From the IMG/VR virus record IMGVR_UViG_3300048670_001567, positions 1 to 64,000 of that record: a DNA stretch of 64,000 bases, one strand, 5' to 3'. This DNA is from a virus. Its lineage: Duplodnaviria > Caudoviricetes. The notes beneath the pieces are model-generated. The model was not told the origin of the DNA and searched no databases. It saw only the letters and a list, made by a program, of their open reading frames with translations. Both the position numbers and the translations under genes were made by a program. Shown here in pieces: positions 18,081 through 28,949 of this stretch. Every line of letters starts with the position of its first letter. Positions within the stretch are counted from its first letter, which is position 1.

Positions 18081-18329
18081 GGTTGGTGGTCCTGTTAAAA
18101 GATCGTCGGGATCATCTACTCCCAGTGCTTTAAATACTGCCAATAATTGTTCACTATATTCAGTTACTTCATCTGAAGGAAAAATCACTGTTTTGATTCC
18201 GCCATCGGGTTTGATGACAAAAACATAGTCATCTGGTCCAATGTCATCATCATATTCGTCGTTATACTCGTCATACTCTTGCTGTTCAACTTGATCCTTG
18301 GTGATCTTTGACATTTTTATTTTCCTCAA
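18072..18329 (-). CDS. Hypothetical acidic protein
   Basis: ORF with RBS. Confidence 0.6.
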   Translation of the reverse strand: MRKIKMSKITKDQVEQQEYDEYNDEYDDDIGPDDYVFVIKPDGGIKTVIFPSDEVTEYSEQLLAVFKALGVDDPDDLLTGPPTLH

Positions 18330-18502
18330 GATGTTTTAGATTATTTGCTATCAGAACCGATAGCGATGAATGTCTGCATGACTCCGTGTATTTTATGAAA
18401 TCCAGTAGATCCAATGTATCTGGAACTACACATATATTTAACGTCTTTGAGAAATAGTAAAACCTAGCACTTTTAACCGTCAATACCCACTTAAATATAC
18501 GT

Positions 18503-20107
18503 TCAGGGAGTGCCCTGACCACCCAATATGGCGCTGGCAGCTGAACCGGCTTTTATCCCGCCAGTGCCGGGTATGAACTTGCCCTGTTTGAGATTATTTG
18601 CAGCCTCGCCCAGGGGCACACCACTGAAATCCAATGGTGCTATTCCACTGGCCTGCATGAGTGCCCGGTTCTTGCCTTCAGCCAGGCTGGCAGTGATACT
18701 TTCCCCAAACTTGCTGTCAGTATTGGCCATGTTCTTCAACATGTCCGAGATGCCCGACCCTGAGGTGTCTGCTCCAAATTTATGCAAGTTTGTGGCAAAT
18801 CCCATGGCACTGCCCAGACAGGGCTTGGGTGGACTGTCAATATCGATGCCCGCTGTGCCCAATAATGAGGTGGATTTGCCCACAGACGACTTGACCCCAC
18901 TGACAATACTGCTGATGTCATTGCTTTTGGCCAGACCAGCCATGGCACCACCACCACCCACCACCTGCATGAGGTCTGACATTTTGGGTATACCACTGAC
19001 CGCTCCACCATTCATCATATTACTGACATCTCCACTCATTCCACCCATTAAACTGCCCAGACTGGGCGCAGCAGCATTCAATTTGGGCAGTTGTGGCACT
19101 TCCAGACTACCCATCATGTTTTTTGCTGCAGCAGGGCTGGCAAAACTGGCACCCAGGTCTCCAAATTTTTTGCCTATGTCACTGAAATTTCCACCGAATC
19201 CTGTCAGTTTGTCGGGACTGACTACTTTTTTTACATCAGTAAAGTCGGCCAGACTGGTGATGTTACCGCCACCTCCGCCAAAGTATGTTGTGGTGCCGGT
19301 TTCCACAAACGAAGTTGTGGTTCCAGTGTCGTCAGATGTGACTTCCATCTGAGTGGCCACTGTTCGGATAATCGCTGGGTCCTTGATATTGCCCATGACT
19401 TGTTTTATTTTATCGGCATACACAGGATCACTCAGATTGTTGGTGTCTACTCCCGCAGACTTCAGTGCTGCGTTCAGCCCAGTGGCATTGCCCAATTTGT
19501 TGGCGTTGAGTTGGTTAATTAGTCCTGCTGGGCTACCGAAATTGGCCATATCCTTGACATCAAACAATTTGCCACATCCGCCCAGGGCAGCACCTGCGCC
19601 AGACAGTGACCCCAGGCTGCCGGTCAATCCCTGATCTGTCATGGAACTCATGTTGGTGATACCGCTACCAAAGTCTCCAAAATTGGAATTGGATATGAAA
19701 TTTGTAGCATTTTGAACTTCTATGCTGTCATTGATGTGCCCCTGTGCCTGATTCAGGAATGAACCAAATGCTGCATGGTTGCCGGGTGGCATGATTTTAT
19801 TCTGCAAACTGGTCAGACTGGACAGAGTGCTTGCAGCTTCGGGGTGATAGTCGGGATTGGCTATGGGGACTGTGACGCCGTTCACAACAGAATTGCCCAG
19901 AGTGGGCAACTTTGCTCGTTCCAATTTGGCCATGACTGCCTTGACGTCGGGCGCCATGGTCAATGCTTCGCCTCGGGCAATGCCCACCATGGCTGTGATG
20001 GTGCTGGGTGTCAACCCACCACCGGGCGTGGCCAGGCTGAGTTTGAGATTCTCAGCTATGACTGAGCCGGCTTTGGCAGTGACAAGTGTTATATCGTGTT
20101 CAGACAT
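18503..20107 (-). CDS. Gly/Ser-rich putative virion protein
   Basis: 534-aa ORF with low-complexity composition. Confidence 0.55.
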   Translation of the reverse strand: MSEHDITLVTAKAGSVIAENLKLSLATPGGGLTPSTITAMVGIARGEALTMAPDVKAVMAKLERAKLPTLGNSVVNGVTVPIANPDYHPEAASTLSSLTSLQNKIMPPGNHAAFGSFLNQAQGHINDSIEVQNATNFISNSNFGDFGSGITNMSSMTDQGLTGSLGSLSGAGAALGGCGKLFDVKDMANFGSPAGLINQLNANKLGNATGLNAALKSAGVDTNNLSDPVYADKIKQVMGNIKDPAIIRTVATQMEVTSDDTGTTTSFVETGTTTYFGGGGGNITSLADFTDVKKVVSPDKLTGFGGNFSDIGKKFGDLGASFASPAAAKNMMGSLEVPQLPKLNAAAPSLGSLMGGMSGDVSNMMNGGAVSGIPKMSDLMQVVGGGGAMAGLAKSNDISSIVSGVKSSVGKSTSLLGTAGIDIDSPPKPCLGSAMGFATNLHKFGADTSGSGISDMLKNMANTDSKFGESITASLAEGKNRALMQASGIAPLDFSGVPLGEAANNLKQGKFIPGTGGIKAGSAASAILGGQGTP

Positions 20108-20116
20108 CTCAACACC

Positions 20117-20434
20117 TTAGGTGATAATTTTGTTGCCTGCGCTGACTGGCTGAATACCGGTAGTGGTCTGAATGTAATGATTTTTAACATCATTTTGTGT
20201 CAGTGCATGCAGCATGACATGTTGTTTTTCCAGAGTCATGGAGTCTTCCAGATCACAAGTAAACAAGCTCTGAATCAGCCCCAGTCCTCGGGCGCTGGGC
20301 ATGGCTGTGGTGGGTTTGGAAATAACATAATTATTGTCATTGATTTCCACAATCTTGGCCACAATTTCGTCCCCGTTGACCAGTTTAAAACTTACAATGT
20401 CGTCTTTTGAATACCCTGATTTATTGATTAGCAT
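20117..20434 (-). CDS. Hypothetical protein (possible Sm-like fold)
   Basis: FKLVNGDEIVAK pattern common in T4-like phages. Confidence 0.6.
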   Translation of the reverse strand: MLINKSGYSKDDIVSFKLVNGDEIVAKIVEINDNNYVISKPTTAMPSARGLGLIQSLFTCDLEDSMTLEKQHVMLHALTQNDVKNHYIQTTTGIQPVSAGNKIIT

Positions 20435-20445
20435 GATTTTTCCGT

Positions 20446-20694
20446 TTAAGCTGTTAGTTTTGACTGCAACTCGTCATCTGACAGTGCAGATAATCCCTTG
20501 TAACCACCTTCCACAAATACCTGGCCATCCTTGTAAATCTGTGGCACAGTTCGATGACCCTGATCCACCAGCCAGGCTCGGGCGTTCAAATCCAGATCCA
20601 CATTTACCACTTGAAATTCCACGCCCTTGGTGGTCAGCAGATGCTTGGTTTGATCGCAATAGGGACAATTCTTTTTTGAATATACAGTTAGCAT
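20446..20694 (-). CDS. Glutaredoxin
   Basis: CPYC, TVPQI, GGY. Confidence 0.93.
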   Translation of the reverse strand: MLTVYSKKNCPYCDQTKHLLTTKGVEFQVVNVDLDLNARAWLVDQGHRTVPQIYKDGQVFVEGGYKGLSALSDDELQSKLTA

Positions 20695-20703
20695 GTTTTC
20701 CTC

Positions 20704-21804
20704 TTATAAATTTGGCAGTTCATCGTAATTGATGGCATCGGACATGACACCGATCACATAGTTGGTGCTTTCATTTTCCTGCAGGGCTGTCTGTTTCTTG
20801 CTGGTGTCTGAATGTTTGTTAAACCAGGGGATGGGTGTGGTTTTGGGTGCTGGGCTCAGATATTTGACTCCAATTTCTTTCAGCGCCGCTGCCGCAGTGT
20901 AGTCTACAAAATCCTTGAGAATGTTGGCATTTAAACCAATCACTGGTCCCAGTTTAAACAGATAGTCAGCCCAGGCCTTTTCTTCACGTATGACGTCCAT
21001 GTACATATTATACACTTCTTGTTCACATTCTACCCGGGCTTTGGCAAATCTGGGGTCTTCTTTGACCACCTGATTGATGATCCAGGCGGTCCATTCTTTG
21101 TGCAGAATTTCGTCCTGCAGGATCAGGCTGATAATATTGCCATTACCAATAAAAATTTTATTTTCCACCATGGCCAGACTGGTGGCAAAGCTGACCATGA
21201 ATCTGAATGCTTCCAGAGCATAACTGGCATTCAGTGCCAGCCATATGGCCTTGACATGTTCATATTCATCCACCGATTGTCCCATTTCCTTCTGACAATT
21301 GATTGCATGTAGTGCATCGTAATATTCACCCACACTGGACGCCATGTCAACAATTTCTTTGGTGTTGTGAATTTTATTGAATTCTTCCTTGGGCACGTTA
21401 TAGATATTACGAATGATATGACTGTAACTGCGACTATGTATGTTGGTTTCGAAAAAACTCCAGTTATACATCAGGGCTTCCAGTTCGGGAATACTGACCA
21501 CTGGTGTAAACACCTGAGCAGGACCACGGCCCTGCAGACTATCCAGAGCAGTCTGTCTCAGCAAGTTGCTGGTGAAGATATGTCTGACAGTGGTACTGGC
21601 ATCTTTAAAATCACCGGCATCCTTGGTCAGGCTGATTTCCTCCGGTACCCAGAAAAAACCTCTGGCAGTTTGTTCCAACTTTTGAAGTTTGTTGTATTTT
21701 ACTTCTTCAAATCGTTGGACAGTGACCGGGCCTGCGGGATCCAGGAACATCTTTCTGTTCAGATAGTCAGTGTTCTTGGATAAATCGTATTGTTGTTTTG
21801 ACAT
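20704..21804 (-). CDS. nrdB: Ribonucleotide reductase class Ia beta subunit
   Basis: FWVPEE, ETNIHSRSY, DEILH, QENE...Y. Confidence 0.96.
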   Translation of the reverse strand: MSKQQYDLSKNTDYLNRKMFLDPAGPVTVQRFEEVKYNKLQKLEQTARGFFWVPEEISLTKDAGDFKDASTTVRHIFTSNLLRQTALDSLQGRGPAQVFTPVVSIPELEALMYNWSFFETNIHSRSYSHIIRNIYNVPKEEFNKIHNTKEIVDMASSVGEYYDALHAINCQKEMGQSVDEYEHVKAIWLALNASYALEAFRFMVSFATSLAMVENKIFIGNGNIISLILQDEILHKEWTAWIINQVVKEDPRFAKARVECEQEVYNMYMDVIREEKAWADYLFKLGPVIGLNANILKDFVDYTAAAALKEIGVKYLSPAPKTTPIPWFNKHSDTSKKQTALQENESTNYVIGVMSDAINYDELPNL

Positions 21805-21809
21805 AATTT

Positions 21810-23927
21810 TTACCTAGTAATTTTTCCTACAATATAGCACAATGGCTCTAGCACTGCGCGATAGACTCGTCCCAGTGTATCTCTACGCCGGCCCTTCATT
21901 TCCAGATAGATGTCGCTGGTTCTATGACGAGCGACGTGCTCTAATGCTGTCTTGACCCACTGATTGGTTTGGCCTGTGCCCTTGGCATAAGCCACCAATG
22001 GCAAGAACAATGTGTGATAGCCACGTTGATAAACATCGGCTTTGGGCAAGTTGGCACCATAACGCAACCATATGGCGTTGCGATATGATCCAAAACCGTA
22101 TTCTTCGTTCATCATGGTACATACAATTTTCTTTCCACCTGATACAAACTTCATTGCCTTACCGGCCGCATCTGTACAAGAATCGGCAATCTTACCGCCT
22201 GTTTTGACAATACCGTTTTCAATTTGATAACCAGCATCAACGAATGTTTTTGCTGTGTTGTTTGCTGTAGTCTGTGCCAAATTGCTTACATAGGTAGTGG
22301 CTTGATTAGATGCTGATACCGCATTGTTATAAATCTGTTTGCTGGTTTCGTAGACCGCTTTTCTTGTTTGATAAACAGTCACAGCATCTTTGATACACTT
22401 GTTTGTGTCAATGTCAGTGGACAAATCAACTTCGAGTCCAACAAATGCAGCCGCTTCTCCACTTATGCCTAAGCGTAAGTGTCCGTCTTTAAATTGTGAT
22501 TGTGCACCTGCTCCTATTTCAAAGTGATCTTCTCCGTAACTGGCACTTGCGCCAGTAGTTTGGCTAACACCACTGAATGTCACAGTACTTTCACCTTCTA
22601 CTCCTACGCAAGTGCCTATGCTCATACCACCTTCAAGTTGGTATCCGTTCATCCCAACTTCAACTACCACTTCTGCTTTGACACCGGATTCAGCATAAAC
22701 ACATCCGTTGGCACTTTGACCAGCTGGCCCGGCATGCATACTAACCTCTCCACCTGCTTCAGCACGAACCGTACAATTTACGCCTGCTGTTGTGTAAACG
22801 TTGTATCCGTCAAGGCCAGCACCTGCGTGTGTTTCGGCTACAGCTTCTACGCTTACCCAAACACGAACATCACAACCCACATATTCATTGCCAACACTGG
22901 CTTCTGCACTGGCTCCTACTCCTGCACTGGCACCTGCGTGTGCTTGGGCACCAGTACTGGTATAACTGGCTCCGGCTCCTGCTTCGCTACTGGCTTTGGC
23001 TTCTGCGGTAGCTGACGCACTAAAACCTCCAGGCAAGTCTGTTTGAAGTGTCACACTTTCAACATCAAGAACTATCCACTTGGCTTCAACAAATTTTCCT
23101 TCTGCTTCTGCTAGATCGGCGGCAGCTTTATTTTCTGCGGCTTTGGCTGAATTAGCACTGGCCTTGGCGGCTACCAGATCTTTAATAGAGCCTTCGATAA
23201 CCATACAGGCTGCTTTAGGGCCACCGGTGTTTTTGCCCGTGACACGCAGGGCTTTTCTACCAGCAGTGATAAACTTGGTAGAGTTATATTCTTTGGTCTG
23301 TCCGCCAATGTCGGCCAACTGTTGACCGTCTATCCAGGCCTGACCTGAATTATCAACTGCGCCTCTAAAGTTATAGTAGGCATCAACTGGAAAGTCAACC
23401 ATCCAAGTGTTGTCAAAAGTTTCACCTGTGCTGGGCCAAACACCAAAGTCATTCAACAGTTTACAGTAATTGCCCTGAGTAGGCTGACGCACTATGTTGA
23501 CTGGATTGTTTTGCCAGTTTGTAGCGCCATTGGTCATCAGGTTCCAGACACGAACCAACTGTGTGTCATCATCAATAATCATAGCACAACTTCTGTTGGT
23601 GTTGCCTTTGTCACTGGCTTTACAACGGATAGTGTGGTTGCCCGCCGTGACCCATACTATTTCACTGAATATTTTTGTAAAGTCGTTGCTTTCGGGAAGT
23701 TCAAACCCGTCAATGATATATCTGGCATAATTGTCAGCAGTATACTTGAAGTTGTAATAACCATCTGCTGGAAAGTACACCGTGGCGGTGACATCAAAAC
23801 ACCACTTGTTATCTTTGACCCATACTCCATTGTCACGCAACCACTGGGGGTATTTGTTGTCTTGATCACCTGTTCGCCATTGCGCTATGGTGGTATTCTT
23901 TAAATTAAAAATCTGATTTACGGCCAC
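21810..23927 (-). CDS. 705-aa multidomain protein: two PA14-like domains, coiled coil, Ala/Gly beta-rich region, C-terminal GGKKIVCT domain
   Basis: Duplicated FP.D.YYNF...DN units; AEAGA-type repeats. Confidence 0.6.
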   Translation of the reverse strand: MAVNQIFNLKNTTIAQWRTGDQDNKYPQWLRDNGVWVKDNKWCFDVTATVYFPADGYYNFKYTADNYARYIIDGFELPESNDFTKIFSEIVWVTAGNHTIRCKASDKGNTNRSCAMIIDDDTQLVRVWNLMTNGATNWQNNPVNIVRQPTQGNYCKLLNDFGVWPSTGETFDNTWMVDFPVDAYYNFRGAVDNSGQAWIDGQQLADIGGQTKEYNSTKFITAGRKALRVTGKNTGGPKAACMVIEGSIKDLVAAKASANSAKAAENKAAADLAEAEGKFVEAKWIVLDVESVTLQTDLPGGFSASATAEAKASSEAGAGASYTSTGAQAHAGASAGVGASAEASVGNEYVGCDVRVWVSVEAVAETHAGAGLDGYNVYTTAGVNCTVRAEAGGEVSMHAGPAGQSANGCVYAESGVKAEVVVEVGMNGYQLEGGMSIGTCVGVEGESTVTFSGVSQTTGASASYGEDHFEIGAGAQSQFKDGHLRLGISGEAAAFVGLEVDLSTDIDTNKCIKDAVTVYQTRKAVYETSKQIYNNAVSASNQATTYVSNLAQTTANNTAKTFVDAGYQIENGIVKTGGKIADSCTDAAGKAMKFVSGGKKIVCTMMNEEYGFGSYRNAIWLRYGANLPKADVYQRGYHTLFLPLVAYAKGTGQTNQWVKTALEHVARHRTSDIYLEMKGRRRDTLGRVYRAVLEPLCYIVGKITR

Positions 23928-23928
23928 G

Positions 23929-24246
23929 TTATTTCTCCTCTGCTTTTGATTTGCTTAACGCACTTCCTGTTAGTAGCGCACCAAACGCCAGATGAAATAC
24001 TCCTGCCCCTTGAAGTGTAAAGGGGGCATAGTCTTTTGCTACTGCCTGTAATATCTGTGTTTGTATTCCAGGGTCAAATGTTCTTAGATTATTGATAATG
24101 AAATCCTGAAGGCCGTGTCCTTTAAATGCTGTAATAGCCACGGGCATGATCACAAAGTCTACCAGACATATAATAGCATAGATCACAGCCATTATGGTTT
24201 TCCAGCCTTCGTCACGTTGCATCCAAATAAAGAACTGTTTTAGCAT
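23929..24246 (-). CDS. Small membrane protein (holin-like)
   Basis: W...MAVIYAIICLVDFVIMP and TLQGAGVFHLAFGALL hydrophobic segments. Confidence 0.55.
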   Translation of the reverse strand: MLKQFFIWMQRDEGWKTIMAVIYAIICLVDFVIMPVAITAFKGHGLQDFIINNLRTFDPGIQTQILQAVAKDYAPFTLQGAGVFHLAFGALLTGSALSKSKAEEK

Positions 24247-26564
24247 TATAGTTTACAGCTTTCGCAGTCCTCTTCGTTGTCGAAATCAATTGGTTCCAGA
24301 TGATCTGGAGGTGTTTCTGAGTCCATTTTACTGCCTTGTTTATTAATCAAACTGTAATAGAAGGTCTTCAACCCCCAGGCACAGGCCTGCATCAAATTTT
24401 TGGCAATCAGTGTGGTTGGCACCTTGCGGTCTGCGAAATGCGCAGGATTGTAAAAAGTATTGGTGCTGATGCTCTGATCCACATACGCTGCCAACACAGC
24501 AGCCGTCTTGAGATAGCCCACACAATCCCGCTGATCCCACATCAATTGGTACCGGTTCCGGAGTTTCTGATATTCTGGAACCACCTGTATAAAACTGCCG
24601 GCCTTGCTTTCTTTGACAGTGATCAGACTCATGGGCATTTCAATACCATTGGTTGAGTTAATGACCACACTGCTGGACTCCACTGGAGCAATGGCCATCA
24701 GGGTGGCATTGCGAACACCGTGACTACGCATATCACTGCGCAACTGTTCCCAGTCCAGTTCTGGAGTAAAGTCTGCCAGCTCATTGACTGCATGAGCTCT
24801 CAATTCCCAGGGGAATATGCCCTGTCCATATCTGGTTCGATCACTGTCCCGACACTTGCCACGTTCTTTGGCTAGCTCAACAGTGGCCTCGGTCAGATAG
24901 AAAGACTGATGCTCCATCCAGGTCTTGACCTCCTGTAGAGCATCACTTTCGCCGTAACGTAGGCTCCGTTTGGCATGCCAGTAGGCCAAGTTTGTCACGC
25001 CAATGCCCAGGGGTTGAATCTCCTCATTGCTGAGTCGACTCTGAACACTTAGGAAATCCTGGTAGTCCAAAATATTACACAGACTGCGTTGGAGTATACG
25101 GCAAGCTCTACGCATATCTTCAGGATTACGGAATGCTCCCCAATTTATACTGCCTAGGGTACAGAGAGCAATTCTGCCGGTTTCGTCATCCAACCGCCGA
25201 AACGGTTTGGTGGGCAGTAAAATCTCGCAACACAGATTGCTTTGATAGATGGTATGATACTCAGGATCAAATGGGCCCTGGTTCATGACATTGTCGATGA
25301 ACACCAGATAGATGCGACCAGTGTCTGTGCGTTCTTTAAGTATGCCACCCTTGAATACTTCTTCAGCACTCATGGTTTTTTTGCGTAGGTCACGGCGCCG
25401 TTCATACTTGACATAGAGTTCTTCAAATTTCTGCGTGTTGGTATAAAATGCCTCATACAGATCCGGAACTTCATTGGGGTCAAAGAAGGTAATGTTTTCT
25501 TTGTTCCTGAACCGACGCCAAAAGAATGCACTCAACACCACGCCATAGTCCATGTGTCTGACACGAGTTTCTTCTGTGCCTTGATTATTTTTCAGCACAA
25601 TCAGATCATCAAACTGCAGATGCCAGATGGGATAAAACACTGTGGCACTGGCATTTCGGATTCCGCCCTGACTGCAACTGCGCAGATCAGCAAACCATTT
25701 CTTCAGGAAGGGCAGCATGCCAGTGTGCATGATTTCTCCACCCCTAATGGGACTGCCCAGAGGTCTGAGTCTGCCAATTTCTAAACCAATACCAGCGCGT
25801 TTGCTGGCATACTTGGCCATCATCTCTCCGCTGGCAAAAATACTATCGAGATCGTCATCGCTACGAATGAGCACACAACTGCTGAATTGCTTGGTGGGAG
25901 TACCAAGGCCAGCAAGAACAGGAGTGGCCAGAGTAAACAAACCGTCACTAGATGCATTATAATATTCTTTGATAAATTTTAGTCGTTGACCAGGGTTTTC
26001 TGCATGGAACACAGTGGCAGCAGCCACCATATAGCGAATCTGTGGTGTTTCATAAATGGCCTTGGTTGCTCGATTGCGTACCAGATATTTCTCAATCAAT
26101 TGTTCGATTGCGGCATAGCTGTATTCTTCGTCTTTGGCATGATCCAGTAGATCATTCATGCGATTCCACTCGTCTTCAGTGTACCATTCCAGAAGTTCTG
26201 AAGTATACAAACCAACTGACACATTGCGTTTGACGATTTCATACAGATGTGGTGGCTCGTAGCTGCCGTAGACGTCTTTGCGCAACATGCTCAGGCGCTG
26301 CTTGCCTGCCACATACTGATAATTTGTATTTCCAATGTCGGGGTTTTGTTCAACGTCGATCAAATCCACAATGGCACGCAGAGTAATTTCATCAATCTCT
26401 CGGGTGGTGATGCCATCATAAAAATGAGGCTGTGCTTTGATTTCTATCATACTCTGACTTACGTCAGCAATTCCTGCACACACTTTGGAAATCTGAGCCT
26501 GCCATTTGTCGATGGCCAATGGCACGCTGGCACCGCCACGTTTGATGACTTGAATATTACTCAA
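24246..26564 (-). CDS. nrdA: Ribonucleotide reductase class Ia alpha subunit with ATP cone
   Basis: VIKRGG, TPVL, SSC, SNLCCEI, APVESSS, C-terminal CESC. Confidence 0.97.
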   Translation of the reverse strand: MSNIQVIKRGGASVPLAIDKWQAQISKVCAGIADVSQSMIEIKAQPHFYDGITTREIDEITLRAIVDLIDVEQNPDIGNTNYQYVAGKQRLSMLRKDVYGSYEPPHLYEIVKRNVSVGLYTSELLEWYTEDEWNRMNDLLDHAKDEEYSYAAIEQLIEKYLVRNRATKAIYETPQIRYMVAAATVFHAENPGQRLKFIKEYYNASSDGLFTLATPVLAGLGTPTKQFSSCVLIRSDDDLDSIFASGEMMAKYASKRAGIGLEIGRLRPLGSPIRGGEIMHTGMLPFLKKWFADLRSCSQGGIRNASATVFYPIWHLQFDDLIVLKNNQGTEETRVRHMDYGVVLSAFFWRRFRNKENITFFDPNEVPDLYEAFYTNTQKFEELYVKYERRRDLRKKTMSAEEVFKGGILKERTDTGRIYLVFIDNVMNQGPFDPEYHTIYQSNLCCEILLPTKPFRRLDDETGRIALCTLGSINWGAFRNPEDMRRACRILQRSLCNILDYQDFLSVQSRLSNEEIQPLGIGVTNLAYWHAKRSLRYGESDALQEVKTWMEHQSFYLTEATVELAKERGKCRDSDRTRYGQGIFPWELRAHAVNELADFTPELDWEQLRSDMRSHGVRNATLMAIAPVESSSVVINSTNGIEMPMSLITVKESKAGSFIQVVPEYQKLRNRYQLMWDQRDCVGYLKTAAVLAAYVDQSISTNTFYNPAHFADRKVPTTLIAKNLMQACAWGLKTFYYSLINKQGSKMDSETPPDHLEPIDFDNEEDCESCKL

Positions 26565-26668
26565 TTCGAAAACCTCTTTTAAAAATTTATTTACTGATCG
26601 GATTCAGACACTAATCTGTTTAGTTTACATTAAACTTCAGATGATTGCAATGATGTGGCAATAATTTA

Positions 26669-28237
26669 TCAAATAAATGATCTGATTGCATAGGCAAATT
26701 CTGCATCCCCAGTATCTGAAGACACTGAATAATTCAAAACCACAGAGTTGGAAACGGTATTGCCTAAAAATTGAAAGGCCACACCTGTATCAGCAGATTC
26801 TGAATAATCGTCAGTGAAAACAACATTCTGACCGCTATTGTGACTTATGTGCATGACCCCAACTCTAACAATGCCGTTTCTTTTGATGGAATAATCAATG
26901 GTTGCTAATGACAAGGTGGACAATATTGTTGAACCAATATTTGCAGTTGTGTTACTGCCCAGTGTTATTTTGTGTCCTGGTGTGGTTTGGTCTGAGCCAA
27001 TGGTGGTGGCCTGAGAGACCGGCGAAACGTTGCTGGACAGATTTAATGCTATTAGTCCTGTGGTCTGTTGCTGCGCCAGTGTCCTGGCAAACAATTCACT
27101 GATGCTGTAATTGTCAGAAGTGCTCCAGCGTAGGACAGGATAAGTTGCTGTGCCTGTATTCATCTGACTGCCGTTGGTCAATCCCACAGACTTATAATAG
27201 TTGAATGCACTGGTGATGGAACTGGAGTCTTGGGAATATATGGCCTCGGTGGCTATCTGATCAAATTCACATGACATAATACGTATGCCCCGGGGGCTGG
27301 TGATGTTGGCATTGGCCAGGAATCCCTGGTATAAGGTGTTGAACTTGCTGGTATTGATGGTTACAGACGACACATCTCCTGATGCCCGGATCCCATATAT
27401 GACATTGGAAAATTCACAGGAATTAAAAATCACTGAATGCACTGGTGTAACTGTATCCAATATACAGACCGCCGCTGTCTCAGTGTCTGGGGTCACAGGA
27501 TTTATGACAGCTCCCTGAAATCCCACACGATCAAAACTGATATTGTGACAACTCTCCAGCTGGGCCACGTGATTGTTCCTGGTGGTTTCCAATGTGAGAT
27601 CTCTCAGAGCAATCTGAAAAGGTGCTGCAGATGTCAACAGATCTATGGACGTTCCCGAGTTTCCTCGACTGTCTTTGAAACTGATCACCGGATCATTACC
27701 ATAGATCAATCGAATGGTGGTGGAAGATATGCCGTCACCTTGCAAACAAGCATAGGGTGGTAATTTAATTCCTGCAGAAATAGTCCATACCCCAGCAGGG
27801 ATTCTTAAAACTCTGCGCACACTGGCTTGATTAAAGTAGTCTCTGGGAAATACCTGATCTATGGCTCTTTGCAAGGTTACTGTGTAGTCATCGTTGGCAA
27901 CGTCTTGAGCACGAATAAAATCACGAAAATTAACAAAATCATCAAATTTATTCTGCAGGGTTCGTCTGACTGGAGAATTACTACTCAGCCCAGTCTGACT
28001 GACATACCCAGATTCACGACCCTGGTAGGTGTAAGATTCTATGGCCGCCAACACATCACTGTTGTTGGTTAAGATTTCAGTGTTACCGATACTGGGCGCA
28101 CCTTCTTGCAAGGTGCCGTTGCCGATCCAGAGTCTGCGCTGATCCACACTCCAGCCAAATTCTCCACTGGCCAATTGTGGCAGGTCCTCTTGAAGACCTC
28201 TGCGCACCTGTATCCTGCTGATTTGGATTACCGCCAT
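26669..28237 (-). CDS. Tail fibre/spike with pectate-lyase-like beta-helix
   Basis: N-terminal RIQVRRG..LPQLASGEFG..D..RLWIG; D.T..LQRAID, IPAG, L.GDG. Confidence 0.75.
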   Translation of the reverse strand: MAVIQISRIQVRRGLQEDLPQLASGEFGWSVDQRRLWIGNGTLQEGAPSIGNTEILTNNSDVLAAIESYTYQGRESGYVSQTGLSSNSPVRRTLQNKFDDFVNFRDFIRAQDVANDDYTVTLQRAIDQVFPRDYFNQASVRRVLRIPAGVWTISAGIKLPPYACLQGDGISSTTIRLIYGNDPVISFKDSRGNSGTSIDLLTSAAPFQIALRDLTLETTRNNHVAQLESCHNISFDRVGFQGAVINPVTPDTETAAVCILDTVTPVHSVIFNSCEFSNVIYGIRASGDVSSVTINTSKFNTLYQGFLANANITSPRGIRIMSCEFDQIATEAIYSQDSSSITSAFNYYKSVGLTNGSQMNTGTATYPVLRWSTSDNYSISELFARTLAQQQTTGLIALNLSSNVSPVSQATTIGSDQTTPGHKITLGSNTTANIGSTILSTLSLATIDYSIKRNGIVRVGVMHISHNSGQNVVFTDDYSESADTGVAFQFLGNTVSNSVVLNYSVSSDTGDAEFAYAIRSFI

Positions 28238-28265
28238 TGCTCTGACTCCCAACTAAGTTTAATAT

Positions 28266-28949
28266 TTAGTCGAGTTTGTAATACTGTTCAATTCTGTCAA
28301 ACCAACGATTTTTCCAAGTTTCCCATTCTGCGCCCTCAACTACCCAGGTCTGAAACTCGTAATTCTGACTGCACATTAAGATCACACCTTGTTTGATGTC
28401 TGTGCCGTAAGTTTCATTATGGGCCACTGCGTAGGCACAGAGTTGTAGAAAGTAGTCTTCAATCCATTCGGTCCGTTTGGGCTTGTTGGTTTGTTTGTAA
28501 TCGATGATACTGGGTTGTCCGTTATATATGCCGCAGGCATCTGTGGTCCCGGCATACAGTCCGCTGACATAAAGTGGCACTTCAATGCCCCACATTTCAT
28601 CAACATTTCTCAAACCATTTTCCACAATAACACGGGCCATTTTATGGCTCTGTTGACTGTTGGGATTGGTGCCGGGTTGACCCATGTCCCGATTGTTTTT
28701 CACATAATCTTCCAGCCATTTGTGCATTCTGGTGCCGCGACTGGCTGCTTCTGTGGTGATTTCCTGTGCCCGCTTTTCTCCCACTGACTTGCGCCAGTTC
28801 AGTAGGGCTTGTTTCTTTTCTTCAGGTTTGGTTTTATCCAAAATAGTGGTCACACTGGGAACTCTGCTGCCGTCTGGCAAGCAGTAATGTCGTTTTCCGT
28901 CCACAGTTTCTCTGCCGATGTTTTTGTATTCGTAACGATTAACCAGCAT
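28266..28949 (-). CDS. PD-(D/E)XK exonuclease
   Basis: PSVTTIL, RGTRMH, AGTTD, IIDYK, Q...Y. Confidence 0.85.
   Translation of the reverse strand: MLVNRYEYKNIGRETVDGKRHYCLPDGSRVPSVTTILDKTKPEEKKQALLNWRKSVGEKRAQEITTEAASRGTRMHKWLEDYVKNNRDMGQPGTNPNSQQSHKMARVIVENGLRNVDEMWGIEVPLYVSGLYAGTTDACGIYNGQPSIIDYKQTNKPKRTEWIEDYFLQLCAYAVAHNETYGTDIKQGVILMCSQNYEFQTWVVEGAEWETWKNRWFDRIEQYYKLD

Noticed and set aside
20704-26564. Intron, intein or homing endonuclease in the nrd genes
   Set aside because: Both ORFs are uninterrupted and normal in length; the insert lacks HNH, GIY-YIG and LAGLIDADG motifs
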